Shown here: positions 49,634 to 58,282 of the stretch, piece after piece
Position numbering within the stretch: position 1 is the stretch's first letter
Layout: the number at the start of each line of letters is the position of its first letter
Source of the DNA: Acidimicrobiia bacterium
Lineage (GTDB): Bacteria > Actinomycetota > Acidimicrobiia > Spongiisociales > ZC4RG35
DNA length: 64,000 nt
NCBI GenBank assembly: GCA_041744375.1
Contig: JBGTLA010000053.1
Location: 44,536 to 108,535, forward strand
Direction: 5' to 3'
Notes under the pieces: model-generated
What the model was told of the DNA's origin: nothing
The model's database searches: none
The model's input: the letters and a program-made list of their open reading frames with translations, nothing else
Translations under genes and position numbers: made by a program

Positions 49634-50641
49634 TTGAGTCCACAATGGAATGAGACCGAAAGAACAGGTGTTCGTAGAAGCGTGGAGTACCAACAGACAA
49701 GAACAAAGCGCCATCGTCCGATCGACTTCGCCTCGTCCGGCGTGACACAGGACGTTCTCGGCCAGTATCTCGAGGGTGTCGGGCAACTCGGCCTGCTCAC
49801 AGCCGAAGACGAGGTTCGACTTGCACAGACGATGGAAGCAGGGATCGAAGCGGGCACACTGCTCAACTCCGGCAAGGTCGTCTCAGCCTCCGAGCGGATG
49901 CGCTTGCAGCGCGCCGTCGACGATGGTCGTCGCGCTCGCGAGAAGTTCATCGAGGCGAATCTGCGGCTGGTGGTAGCCAACGCTCGCCGCTACTCGGGAG
50001 CCGACGTCGAGATGACTGAGCTCATCCAAGAGGGCAACCTCGGATTGATCACGGCCGTCGAACGTTTCGACTGGCGTCGGGGTTTCAAGTTTTCGACCTA
50101 CGCCACGTGGTGGATCCGACAGGCCATGCAGCGGGCAAGGGCCAGCCTCGGTGGCTCGTTGCGGATCCCGGCAGCGGTATTCGACATCCTTCCGACCGTG
50201 CGGGCAGCAGCCGAGCGCTTGCAGGGAGCCACCGGCGCCGCCCCCGGGGCCGTCGACATCGCCGAAGCAACCGGAATTCCCACCCGCGAGGTGGAAAAGG
50301 CCTTGTCTGTCACGACGACGGTTGCCCTCGAAGAGCCGATCGGAGAAGACGGGGCGTCCTTGGGAGACCTCATCGCCGACCCCGATGCGATCGATCCGGC
50401 AACCGAAACCGAACGCCGAGTCATGGCCGAACACGTCCGCAGGGGCGTGGATACCTTGCCGCCCTTGCAGCGCCAGATCCTCGAACTGCGATTCGGGTTC
50501 ACAGAAGACGCTCCCACCAGTATCGCCCAGATCGCCCGGGCGACACATCTGTCGGAACGCCAGGCCCGAATCTACCTCTCCGAGGCCTTGGAGTCGCTGC
50601 GCGACCGCCTAGCCGACGTCGAAGAGATGCGGGTCGCCTGA
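49634..50641 (+). CDS. RNA polymerase sigma-70 family factor (group 2/3, SigB-like)
   Basis: Region 1.2 'YLEGVGQLGLLTAEDEVRLA', region 2.4 'TYATWWIRQA' and region 4.2 'IAQIARATHLSERQARIYLSEAL'. Confidence 0.85.
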   Translation: MSPQWNETERTGVRRSVEYQQTRTKRHRPIDFASSGVTQDVLGQYLEGVGQLGLLTAEDEVRLAQTMEAGIEAGTLLNSGKVVSASERMRLQRAVDDGRRAREKFIEANLRLVVANARRYSGADVEMTELIQEGNLGLITAVERFDWRRGFKFSTYATWWIRQAMQRARASLGGSLRIPAAVFDILPTVRAAAERLQGATGAAPGAVDIAEATGIPTREVEKALSVTTTVALEEPIGEDGASLGDLIADPDAIDPATETERRVMAEHVRRGVDTLPPLQRQILELRFGFTEDAPTSIAQIARATHLSERQARIYLSEALESLRDRLADVEEMRVA

Positions 50642-50726
50642 GGGGAGCATTTCCGGGACAGCGTTGACAGGTCGTTCCAGCCACCGACGACTTGGGCCTC
50701 CGCTGTTGGCCAACAGCCCGACTTCC

Positions 50727-51071
50727 TCAGGTCATCGCCTCGCGTGCTTCGGTGTAGGCCTTCTCCACCTGCCGGAAGACGGGACTCAAGTCGACGAGCT
50801 TGTCGGCGAAGGCGTCGCGGACCATGCCGGGTACAGGGCTCAGTTCTTTGCGGGCACTCTCGAGAGCTGCTCGCAACCGCTCCATGCGCGGCGCCAGTTC
50901 GTCTCGCATCTCCATGCGACCCAGTGCCACCTCGAGTTGCAGTTGTTCGATCCTCGTCTCCCAGGTGTTCATCTGGGTGTCCGTCAGCTGCTTGGAAAGT
51001 GACTCGACCTTGCGCTCGAGAGACTCCACCTGCTGTCGCAGGCTGTCCAGGGTGGTGTCGACGGTGTTCAT
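50727..51071 (-). CDS. Coiled-coil hypothetical protein
   Basis: 114 aa with a heptad-rich sequence. GGAGG with a 4-nt spacer before ATG 51071. Confidence 0.45.
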   Translation of the reverse strand: MNTVDTTLDSLRQQVESLERKVESLSKQLTDTQMNTWETRIEQLQLEVALGRMEMRDELAPRMERLRAALESARKELSPVPGMVRDAFADKLVDLSPVFRQVEKAYTEAREAMT

Positions 51072-51158
51072 CTCTCCTCCTATCGGTTGCGTGCTCGCCA
51101 TGTTCCGTTGCGGGATGCTCCCGATACCAGGGTCGAGAGTCCCGATGGTGGGGTGAGG

Positions 51159-52079
51159 TCACTCGCGGAGCCTGACCGGGTATTCCCGGAGGTTGATCTG
51201 GCTTCCGTCCTCGGCGAATGCCTCCCAGACGATGAGCGCACCGAACTGGTCGCGGTCTATCTGGTAGTTGACATCCATCGCGAAGTCGCCCCAGCACCCG
51301 GTGCCACACGACGCCGTCACCGTCTCCTCGAAGAGGGGCAGGCCGTCGTCATCGGTCAATGTCAAATAAAAAACTGCCTCGAACACGTTGGCTACTCCCA
51401 CGACGGTGACGGGACTGTCCACCGGCTGACCCCAGGCCGGCCTGTCCACGAAGATCGCCGGGAGCTGGTCGATGTAGTCCTGTCGCGTCTGGGGACCATC
51501 CAAGACGATCCCCTCACTCGAGAAGGTATCCACCTGTGCTCCATCGACGACCAGGGTGACCCGGTCGATGTCTTGGTAGCGGGTGAGCGTGTACACGACT
51601 TGGGCCAAACGACCGAACATGGCGGCCGAACCTCCTCCGGAGGCATATTCACCAGACAGGTCGACGGTGGCTACGCCGTTTTCCCAGGTGACACCCAAGA
51701 GTCTGGTTCCGACGGGGATGGCGCTTGAAATCGCCGGCAATCCGGCAGTCTCATCGTCGGTGGGCCCAGCGAGGAGAGCAGCCATGGCGGCCTGAGGAGT
51801 GTCCGCTCCCGACGAACCCCGAAAGACCGGAACCAACCGAGGCCCAAGGGATTCTTCGCCGACGTCGTCGACGAAGAAGTAGGCCACCGGACCATCCGCT
51901 CCTTCGATGGTCGTCGTAGGGGTGGTAGTCGCGGGCTGTGTCGATGGGGGCGTGGTGAGGGGCGGCCCGCTCGTGGTGGCGCCCGTCGGCGTTCCACATG
52001 CCGAAACCGCGAGCATCGCAAGGGCGGCGACGGCGACCGATACGGGGGGGAGGTGGTTGAGTGGGCCACCTGCTGACAT
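51159..52079 (-). CDS. Lipoprotein with GerMN-like domains
   Basis: Signal peptide with lipobox 'LAVSACG', a Thr/Pro-rich linker, then a GerMN-like region ('VTLVVDGAQVDTF'). Confidence 0.55.
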   Translation of the reverse strand: MSAGGPLNHLPPVSVAVAALAMLAVSACGTPTGATTSGPPLTTPPSTQPATTTPTTTIEGADGPVAYFFVDDVGEESLGPRLVPVFRGSSGADTPQAAMAALLAGPTDDETAGLPAISSAIPVGTRLLGVTWENGVATVDLSGEYASGGGSAAMFGRLAQVVYTLTRYQDIDRVTLVVDGAQVDTFSSEGIVLDGPQTRQDYIDQLPAIFVDRPAWGQPVDSPVTVVGVANVFEAVFYLTLTDDDGLPLFEETVTASCGTGCWGDFAMDVNYQIDRDQFGALIVWEAFAEDGSQINLREYPVRLRE

Positions 52080-52204
52080 GGCTCTCCTTGTCTGTCTGGT
52101 CCTGATCATCAGGCATCTCGATGCAGGGGAGTAGAGCCGCAAGTCACTTCTAGTGGAGGGGTCGGCGGCCTCTCGGCGGTGCCCGCTCCGAGACCCGGAC
52201 ATCC

Positions 52205-53338
52205 CTACTCGGGTTCGGTCAGACCGAGCTCGTCCGAGCGGCGAACCCAACGGGCGACGTCCCGGGATGTGATGATCCCTACGACTTCGCGACCGTTCAT
52301 TACCAGCACGCGATGTTCCTCGGATTCGTCGAGGAGGTGCATCACCTCTTCGAGGGCGGCGTCGACCGCCACCTTGGGCGCGTCGTCGAGTCGGGTCATG
52401 ACCGACCACACCTGGATGATTGGCCATTGGTCGCGCGGCACCTGGCGGACAGCTCGTAGGGTGAGGATCCCGCTCGTGGTGCCCTCGTCATCGTGCACTG
52501 GAAAGGCGGAGTGGTCGAAGCGAAGGAAGTAGTCGTCGACCGCCTCTTGCACCGTCGTGCCGGTCGAGAGCGCTACCAGGCGAGGGGACATCACGTCGGC
52601 CGCCACCATGCCTTCGAACAGACGCCGAATGATCATCTGTTGCCCGGACACGGCGGCAGCCGAGAACAAGAACCAACCGATGGCTGCGTACCACAGGCCT
52701 CCGAGGTTGCCGCCGAACACCTCCAACAGGCCGAGTCCGATCAGTAATGATGCTATGACCTTGCCGCCCGTGGTGGCTGCTTTGGTGGCCCGGTCCATGC
52801 TGCCGGTGATCTGCCAGATGAACGACCGGAGAACCCTCCCACCGTCGAGCGGGAAACCGGGGAGCATGTTGAACACTCCCAGGGCGAGGTTGATCCACCC
52901 GAGGTGACCGAAGCCGTAGCGGACCGTCGCTGGGAGCACGTCACCGGTGAGGTTGACCAGCGACCAGAAAACACCGGCCAGTCCGATGCTCGTGATCGGC
53001 CCCACGACGGCAATCGCGAACTCTTCTCGGGCAGAGCGCGATTCCTGGCTCGTCTTGGTGACGCCCCCGAATATGAAAAGCGTGATCCCCTCGACGGGAA
53101 TTCCCAGCCGGCGAGCCATGAGCGAGTGACTGAGCTCGTGCAGGACGACGCTGACGAAGAAGAGGATCGCAGTCCCCAAGCCGAGAAGGATGGCGGCAGC
53201 TCGGGCAATCTCGGTGAAGGTCACTTCGAACAGGGTGTAGAAGGACCATGCCAGCAGAAGGGCGATGATGAACCACGATCGGTCCACCGTTACTTCGATG
53301 CCCAGCCACTTTCCCAGGCTGAATCCGTTTCCGAACAC
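52205..53338 (-). CDS. Site-2 protease (M50) with C-terminal CBS pair
   Basis: 'HELSHSL' zinc motif within transmembrane helices, plus a C-terminal CBS pair. Confidence 0.8.
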   Translation of the reverse strand: MFGNGFSLGKWLGIEVTVDRSWFIIALLLAWSFYTLFEVTFTEIARAAAILLGLGTAILFFVSVVLHELSHSLMARRLGIPVEGITLFIFGGVTKTSQESRSAREEFAIAVVGPITSIGLAGVFWSLVNLTGDVLPATVRYGFGHLGWINLALGVFNMLPGFPLDGGRVLRSFIWQITGSMDRATKAATTGGKVIASLLIGLGLLEVFGGNLGGLWYAAIGWFLFSAAAVSGQQMIIRRLFEGMVAADVMSPRLVALSTGTTVQEAVDDYFLRFDHSAFPVHDDEGTTSGILTLRAVRQVPRDQWPIIQVWSVMTRLDDAPKVAVDAALEEVMHLLDESEEHRVLVMNGREVVGIITSRDVARWVRRSDELGLTEPE

Positions 53339-53391
53339 GCTGTTACCTTCCTCTTGGTCCGCTCGCCGCGGTCGGTTTCACGGTTCGGCCT

Positions 53392-54669
53392 TCACCCTTT
53401 TGACTCGGGGGCTTGGAGTGCCCGTTTCACACGCAGGCGACGCACCGCCCGGTTCCGCACGTCGACCGACTCCAAGATCCAACCTTCGATCTCGATCTCC
53501 TCCCCAGGGTATTCGGGAATTCGACCGAGGCGGTCGATGAAGAGCCCCGCCACCGTGGTGTAGGCCCCTTGCGGGAGGTACACGCCGATATCATCGAGGT
53601 CATGGATGGGAAAGGCCCCTTCCAGGAGAAGGGAGCCGTCGGGGAGATGGACCACGGCCTTGACATCGGGGTCGGCATCGTCGTAGATCTCCCCAACGAG
53701 CTCTTCGACGAGGTCTTCGACCGACACAACCCCCTGCACTCCTCCGTGCTCGTCGACGACGATGGCCAGTTGCTCGCGCGCCTCCTGAAGACGCTTGAGG
53801 GCGGCGACCACCGGGATCACTTCGGGCAAGAACACGGCAGGGCGCACGATCTCGCTCAGGTGCAGGCCCGGTTGAGTGATCAGATCGCGCAGCGAAACCA
53901 TTCCCAACACCTCGTCGAGACTTCCATCCACGACGGGTGCTCGAGTGTGACCGTGATCGGCCAGTCGACGGGCGGCGTCCACGGCCTGCTCGTCGGCCTG
54001 GAGGGCAAACACCTGCCCGCGCGGAACGAGTACTTGGCGAAGCAGTCTGTCTCCGATCTCGAAAGCCCCCGAGATGATCCTGCGCTGCTCGATGCTGAAG
54101 GCCGTTTGGGCCGCCACCATGTCGGCCAGCTCCTGTTGGGTGATCTCGATGCGATCGTGGCTCGGGTCGCCACCCAGAAGACGGACCACGAGGTTGGTGC
54201 CGGCACCGAGAACCCAAACGACGGGGCGGGTGAGCTGGGCGAGTGCCGACAGCGGACGAGCGGCGAGAAGTCCCCAACGTTCTGCACGCTGCATCGCCAT
54301 GCGCTTGGGCGCCAGTTCTCCCAACACGAGCATCACGAAAGTGAGTGAGATGGTCACCAGGAGGATGGCAACCGGCTGGGCGCCGGCGCCCAAGAATCCG
54401 AGTGGTTCCACGAGAGGCTGGGCCAGAGAGACGGCCGCTACCGCCGAGGCCAAGAAGCCGGCCAGGGTGATCCCGATCTGGATCGTGGCGAGGAACCGAT
54501 TGGGGTCACCTATGAGCCGAGCCAGCGTTCGACCCCGTGCGCTCTGCTCGGCGAGTCGCGCCACCTGGCTCTCCCGGAGGGAGATGAGGGCGATCTCGCT
54601 GCCGGCGAACAAGGCGTTGAAGAGGACCAACGCACCCAACAAGGCGAGTTGGGGGAGCACCTCAGGCAT
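53392..54669 (-). CDS. CNNM/CorC-HlyC family transporter (DUF21-CBS-CorC_HlyC)
   Basis: N-terminal DUF21 transmembrane domain, CBS pair and C-terminal CorC_HlyC domain. Confidence 0.8.
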   Translation of the reverse strand: MPEVLPQLALLGALVLFNALFAGSEIALISLRESQVARLAEQSARGRTLARLIGDPNRFLATIQIGITLAGFLASAVAAVSLAQPLVEPLGFLGAGAQPVAILLVTISLTFVMLVLGELAPKRMAMQRAERWGLLAARPLSALAQLTRPVVWVLGAGTNLVVRLLGGDPSHDRIEITQQELADMVAAQTAFSIEQRRIISGAFEIGDRLLRQVLVPRGQVFALQADEQAVDAARRLADHGHTRAPVVDGSLDEVLGMVSLRDLITQPGLHLSEIVRPAVFLPEVIPVVAALKRLQEAREQLAIVVDEHGGVQGVVSVEDLVEELVGEIYDDADPDVKAVVHLPDGSLLLEGAFPIHDLDDIGVYLPQGAYTTVAGLFIDRLGRIPEYPGEEIEIEGWILESVDVRNRAVRRLRVKRALQAPESKG

Positions 54670-54887
54670 CTATGACTCCCGGTCGGTTGCAGTCGTTGTA
54701 CAACATAGGAGGCGAACCACCGCCGGGACCTTTCGGCCCTCGAAGGGCCGAAAGGTCCCTACTCGTTCCAACACCCCTCGATCATCTGGGGGCGCGGCGG
54801 CGCAAGCGTGCCCGCGGCCATCGGGAGGTGGACGATGAACCTACCGAATCGATGATGATTCCGGCTTGCCACGATCGCGGCCGGTTG

Positions 54888-55274
54888 TTAGGTGGTGCCG
54901 AGGGGGGCCGGGGCTCCGCCACCACCGAGGGCGTGGCGCTCATGGAACCTGATGATCGTCGTCGGACTGTCGCCGGACTCCACCGAGATGGCGTGGACGA
55001 TTCCCTCTCGCTCCTCGATCCACACCCTGGCAGGGCGATGGATGGCGTGTCGGAGTACCACGTCGGCTTGTTCTCGTCTCCCTCCGACCGATACCTCGAT
55101 GACGTCGTTGCGTGAGTCGTATGTGACGCCGTGCCACGCCAGGTGGTCTGCCGCCACTTGATCACCTACGTCTTCGCCCACCACCTCGATCGTGACGTCG
55201 GCTGTGTTGGGAGCCGGAAGAATGCGGTGCATGTCGTCCACCGCTTTGAGTGGCACTTCTCTGGTATTGCTCAT
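54888..55274 (-). CDS. Hypothetical protein
   Basis: 128 aa with GGAG 4 nt upstream of the ATG. No family confidently recognised. Confidence 0.4.
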   Translation of the reverse strand: MSNTREVPLKAVDDMHRILPAPNTADVTIEVVGEDVGDQVAADHLAWHGVTYDSRNDVIEVSVGGRREQADVVLRHAIHRPARVWIEEREGIVHAISVESGDSPTTIIRFHERHALGGGGAPAPLGTT

Positions 55275-55460
55275 GCGAGGCTCCGTGAGTCGATGTCCTC
55301 ACATGGTCTTGCGAGAAGACGAGAACGACCAGAGTCGAAGGTCCTGACGATGTTCCTGGTCTGAATCTGGCTCTCCCCGGCTTCAGCGGAACGACAGAAA
55401 TGCCGATCCCTCAGGTGAAATCCACCGTGTGGAGCCGTCATCTCGCCAGGATGGACAAGG

Positions 55461-56435
55461 ATGCCGATCGTCAACGTACAGCGACTGAGCTCGGATCCGG
55501 TGCTCGGGCCGGGTTCGGTGCCCGGCTATGGCGCCATATTTAACGCCGGAGTCACTTTCCACGAAGGCCGGTTTCACCTCTTTGCGCGCGGGGTGCGAAG
55601 CGGATACCGGCGCAATCAGGGCGCAGGAGCCCGCTTCTTGGACTATCGCTCCGACGTCCTCTTGTTCAGCTCGGGCAACGGAGTCGACTACACATTCAGC
55701 CGAGTGCTGGCCGAAGGATCCGACGAGGGTGCGGTGTGGTCGTATGAGGACCCCCGGGTTCAATGGGTCGATGCCGACGGTTCTTGTTACATGACCTACA
55801 CCGATCTCCCCGCCCCCCACACCGGAGAACCATGGCGAATCGGCCTACACCGTCTCGTCCCCCGCAACGGAACTTTCGAACTTAACCGCACCTCGGGCCG
55901 CGTGGTCGGCCCACCGGGAACTCCCGACAAGGACGCCGTGATCTTCGACCTCACGGGCGGGGGTGTCGCCATGATTCACCGGGTCGCCCCCGACATCCAG
56001 ATCGCCGTCTTCGAGTCCATGGAGGACCTCATCGATCCTCCTGCGGGCTACTGGGAGGAGCATCTCGAGACGCTGGAGGATCATGTGATCATCCGTCCGT
56101 CCGACGGCGCTCTGGGAGTCGGGGCCGGGGCTCCGCCGATCGCGACGCCAGCAGGACTCCTCTTCTTCTATCACGAGCGGGACGCGTCCGGCGTTTACAC
56201 CGCTCGGGTCGCCTTGCTCGATCCGGGGAGTGGTCACCCCACCGGGGTTGCTCCCCTTCCGATTCTCGTTCCCGAGCTGTCGTGGGAGCGGCATGGTGAC
56301 GTTGACGACGTCGTCTTCGTGCAGGGTGCTCACCGCTTGGAGGACGGTCGAATCTACTTGACCTACGGCGCGGCGGATCGCGCCGTAGGCGTGGGAGTCG
56401 TCGACGAAGGCGAGCTGCTCGACCTCCTCGCCTGA
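55461..56435 (+). CDS. GH130 family glycoside phosphorylase/hydrolase
   Basis: 324 aa with 'GRFHLFARG', 'EDPRV', 'DGSCYMTYTD' and 'YGAADRAVG', matching the GH130 beta-propeller. Confidence 0.75.
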   Translation: MPIVNVQRLSSDPVLGPGSVPGYGAIFNAGVTFHEGRFHLFARGVRSGYRRNQGAGARFLDYRSDVLLFSSGNGVDYTFSRVLAEGSDEGAVWSYEDPRVQWVDADGSCYMTYTDLPAPHTGEPWRIGLHRLVPRNGTFELNRTSGRVVGPPGTPDKDAVIFDLTGGGVAMIHRVAPDIQIAVFESMEDLIDPPAGYWEEHLETLEDHVIIRPSDGALGVGAGAPPIATPAGLLFFYHERDASGVYTARVALLDPGSGHPTGVAPLPILVPELSWERHGDVDDVVFVQGAHRLEDGRIYLTYGAADRAVGVGVVDEGELLDLLA

Positions 56436-56553
56436 TGGGCAAGCCGCCCTCTAGGGCAGTGTTGAACAATTCGTTCCAGCCGTCGACTGCAGTCCTCCGA
56501 GCAGGGACTTTGCCGAGCTACTGGACGGGCTTTCATTGTTATTCAACACCGTC

Positions 56554-57702
56554 CTAGGCCACCCCGGCGGTGGCTGCCGCGTCAACCACCCGACCCGCCA
56601 ATGCCTCACACTGGCGAGCTACCGACGACCAGCTCAGCTCTGGCGCCGAGCGTCGGGCCGCCCAGGCCGAAGCCCTAAGAGCCTGGGGACGGGTCAGATA
56701 GTTCTCCAGCGCGTTCGCTATCGCCAGAGGGTCCCGGTGGGGGACAGTCCGCCCGGCACCATCCGCCAGCATCTCGACGGCGTGGGGGAAGGCCGTTGCC
56801 ACCACCGGTAGGCCGGCGCCTATGGCTTCTACCAGCACTCCTGATGTGACCTGCTCGGTGGAGTCGTATGGAAGCAGGGCCAGGTCCGCCTTTCCGATCA
56901 GGTCGGCCAGTTGGGCCGGTGCCAGGTACCTCTCGTCGATGTCGACCATGTGGGCGACATCGAGGTCGTCGACGAGGGCGAACAGGCTGTTGCGGTAGGC
57001 CTCACCTTGTGCTCTCAAGACATTGGGATGGGTGGCGCCTTGCACCACGTAGCGGGGGAGGGGTCGAAGGTCGCGGAGACGATCCATTGCTCGGATACCC
57101 CATTCGATGCCTTTGCCGGGTCCTACCAGGCCCCACGTCACGATGGTGGGCCGTGTGTGCCGGTTCCGGGTTACCAGACGCGGGTGGCAGTGGGCACCGT
57201 GGGGGATCACAGCCACCTTGTGGGGGTCGACGCGAGTGGTCTGGACGAGCATCTGTTGGGCCGCATGAGACATCACGACCAGCTTCTCGGATCGCCTGGC
57301 CAACGCCTCGACGATCGACCCCTGGCCCGGGGTGGGGTTGCTGAGGACGGTGTGCATGGTCGTCACGACGGGAACCGGGACTGCTTCGCACAGATCGAGG
57401 ACCCGACGGCCGTCGTCGGGTCCGAAGATGCCGAACTCATGCTGAATCCAGAGCACTTCGTAATGCCGGGCAAGGCGGGACACCTCCTCTGGCCAGGTGC
57501 TCGAGTCGACACAAGTCTCGCCGACCACGAGAGGGTCGAGGGAGATGGTGGTGTCCATGGCGGAGTGCACCCGCGCCACCCCCAAGCCCTCTGAACTCTG
57601 GCGAACGGAGGCCACGCTTTCCACCAGGGCCCGGGTGAAGGTGGCGAGCCCGCATGCGGTTGGTGGGTAGGTGCTGGCGAACAGGAGCTGTGGGTGTCGC
57701 AT
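56554..57702 (-). CDS. Glycosyltransferase family 4 (paralog of the gene at 32923..34107)
   Basis: N-terminus 'FASTYPPTACGLATFT' parallels 'FVSTYPPTVCGLATYT' in the first GT4. Start at the Met of 'MRHPQ' after GGAGGGAGG. Confidence 0.75.
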   Translation of the reverse strand: MRHPQLLFASTYPPTACGLATFTRALVESVASVRQSSEGLGVARVHSAMDTTISLDPLVVGETCVDSSTWPEEVSRLARHYEVLWIQHEFGIFGPDDGRRVLDLCEAVPVPVVTTMHTVLSNPTPGQGSIVEALARRSEKLVVMSHAAQQMLVQTTRVDPHKVAVIPHGAHCHPRLVTRNRHTRPTIVTWGLVGPGKGIEWGIRAMDRLRDLRPLPRYVVQGATHPNVLRAQGEAYRNSLFALVDDLDVAHMVDIDERYLAPAQLADLIGKADLALLPYDSTEQVTSGVLVEAIGAGLPVVATAFPHAVEMLADGAGRTVPHRDPLAIANALENYLTRPQALRASAWAARRSAPELSWSSVARQCEALAGRVVDAAATAGVA

Positions 57703-58282
57703 GCTCTCATCCTCCCTCCGCAGTTTGTTTCTCATCTTCGATGGATACCTCTTTGTACGAGGGCTGAAACGGCCATAACAGGGCCAGAAGTCCCGCCGTC
57801 GGATCAGGCCCATCGGGAAAATTCACAACGGGTCTTATTCCCCTGGCCGCGTACAGCCACCTGATCCACTATTGGTCTCATGGAGGGCTCGCACATCCCG
57901 GACGACGAAGTGCGGTGGGCGATCGATGCCGCCGGGCTCGACCTCGCTGAGGAGCCGTTCGGCTTTGCCCAGCTGCAGCGAGGCATAGAAAACGAGCTGC
58001 AGCTCAGGCCTCGGGCGGCTCGCAGCGAGCGCACGCCGGCCATCGTGCTCGCCGCCACCCTGATCGCAGTGTCGCGACTGCGCCACGACCTGGAGCACTA
58101 CGCGCGACTCGCCCAGACGTCGGCGGTGAGCGAGGCCGCTCGTGCCGTTGCCCGGGAAACCGGATTCGGCGTCGTTCATCATCGCCCGGTGGATCGACAT
58201 CGCCGTGAAGGCTGAAGTTGTTCAGCGCCTCGACAAGCGGTAGCTTCCGCCGAGTCTCTCTCACCTAGGCGAAATACTCTTC

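Noticed and set aside
56436-56553. Long-range inverted repeat as a simple bidirectional terminator
   Set aside because: The arms are separated by ~64 nt, too long for an intrinsic terminator loop. It is instead reported as a repeated motif or element (see findings).
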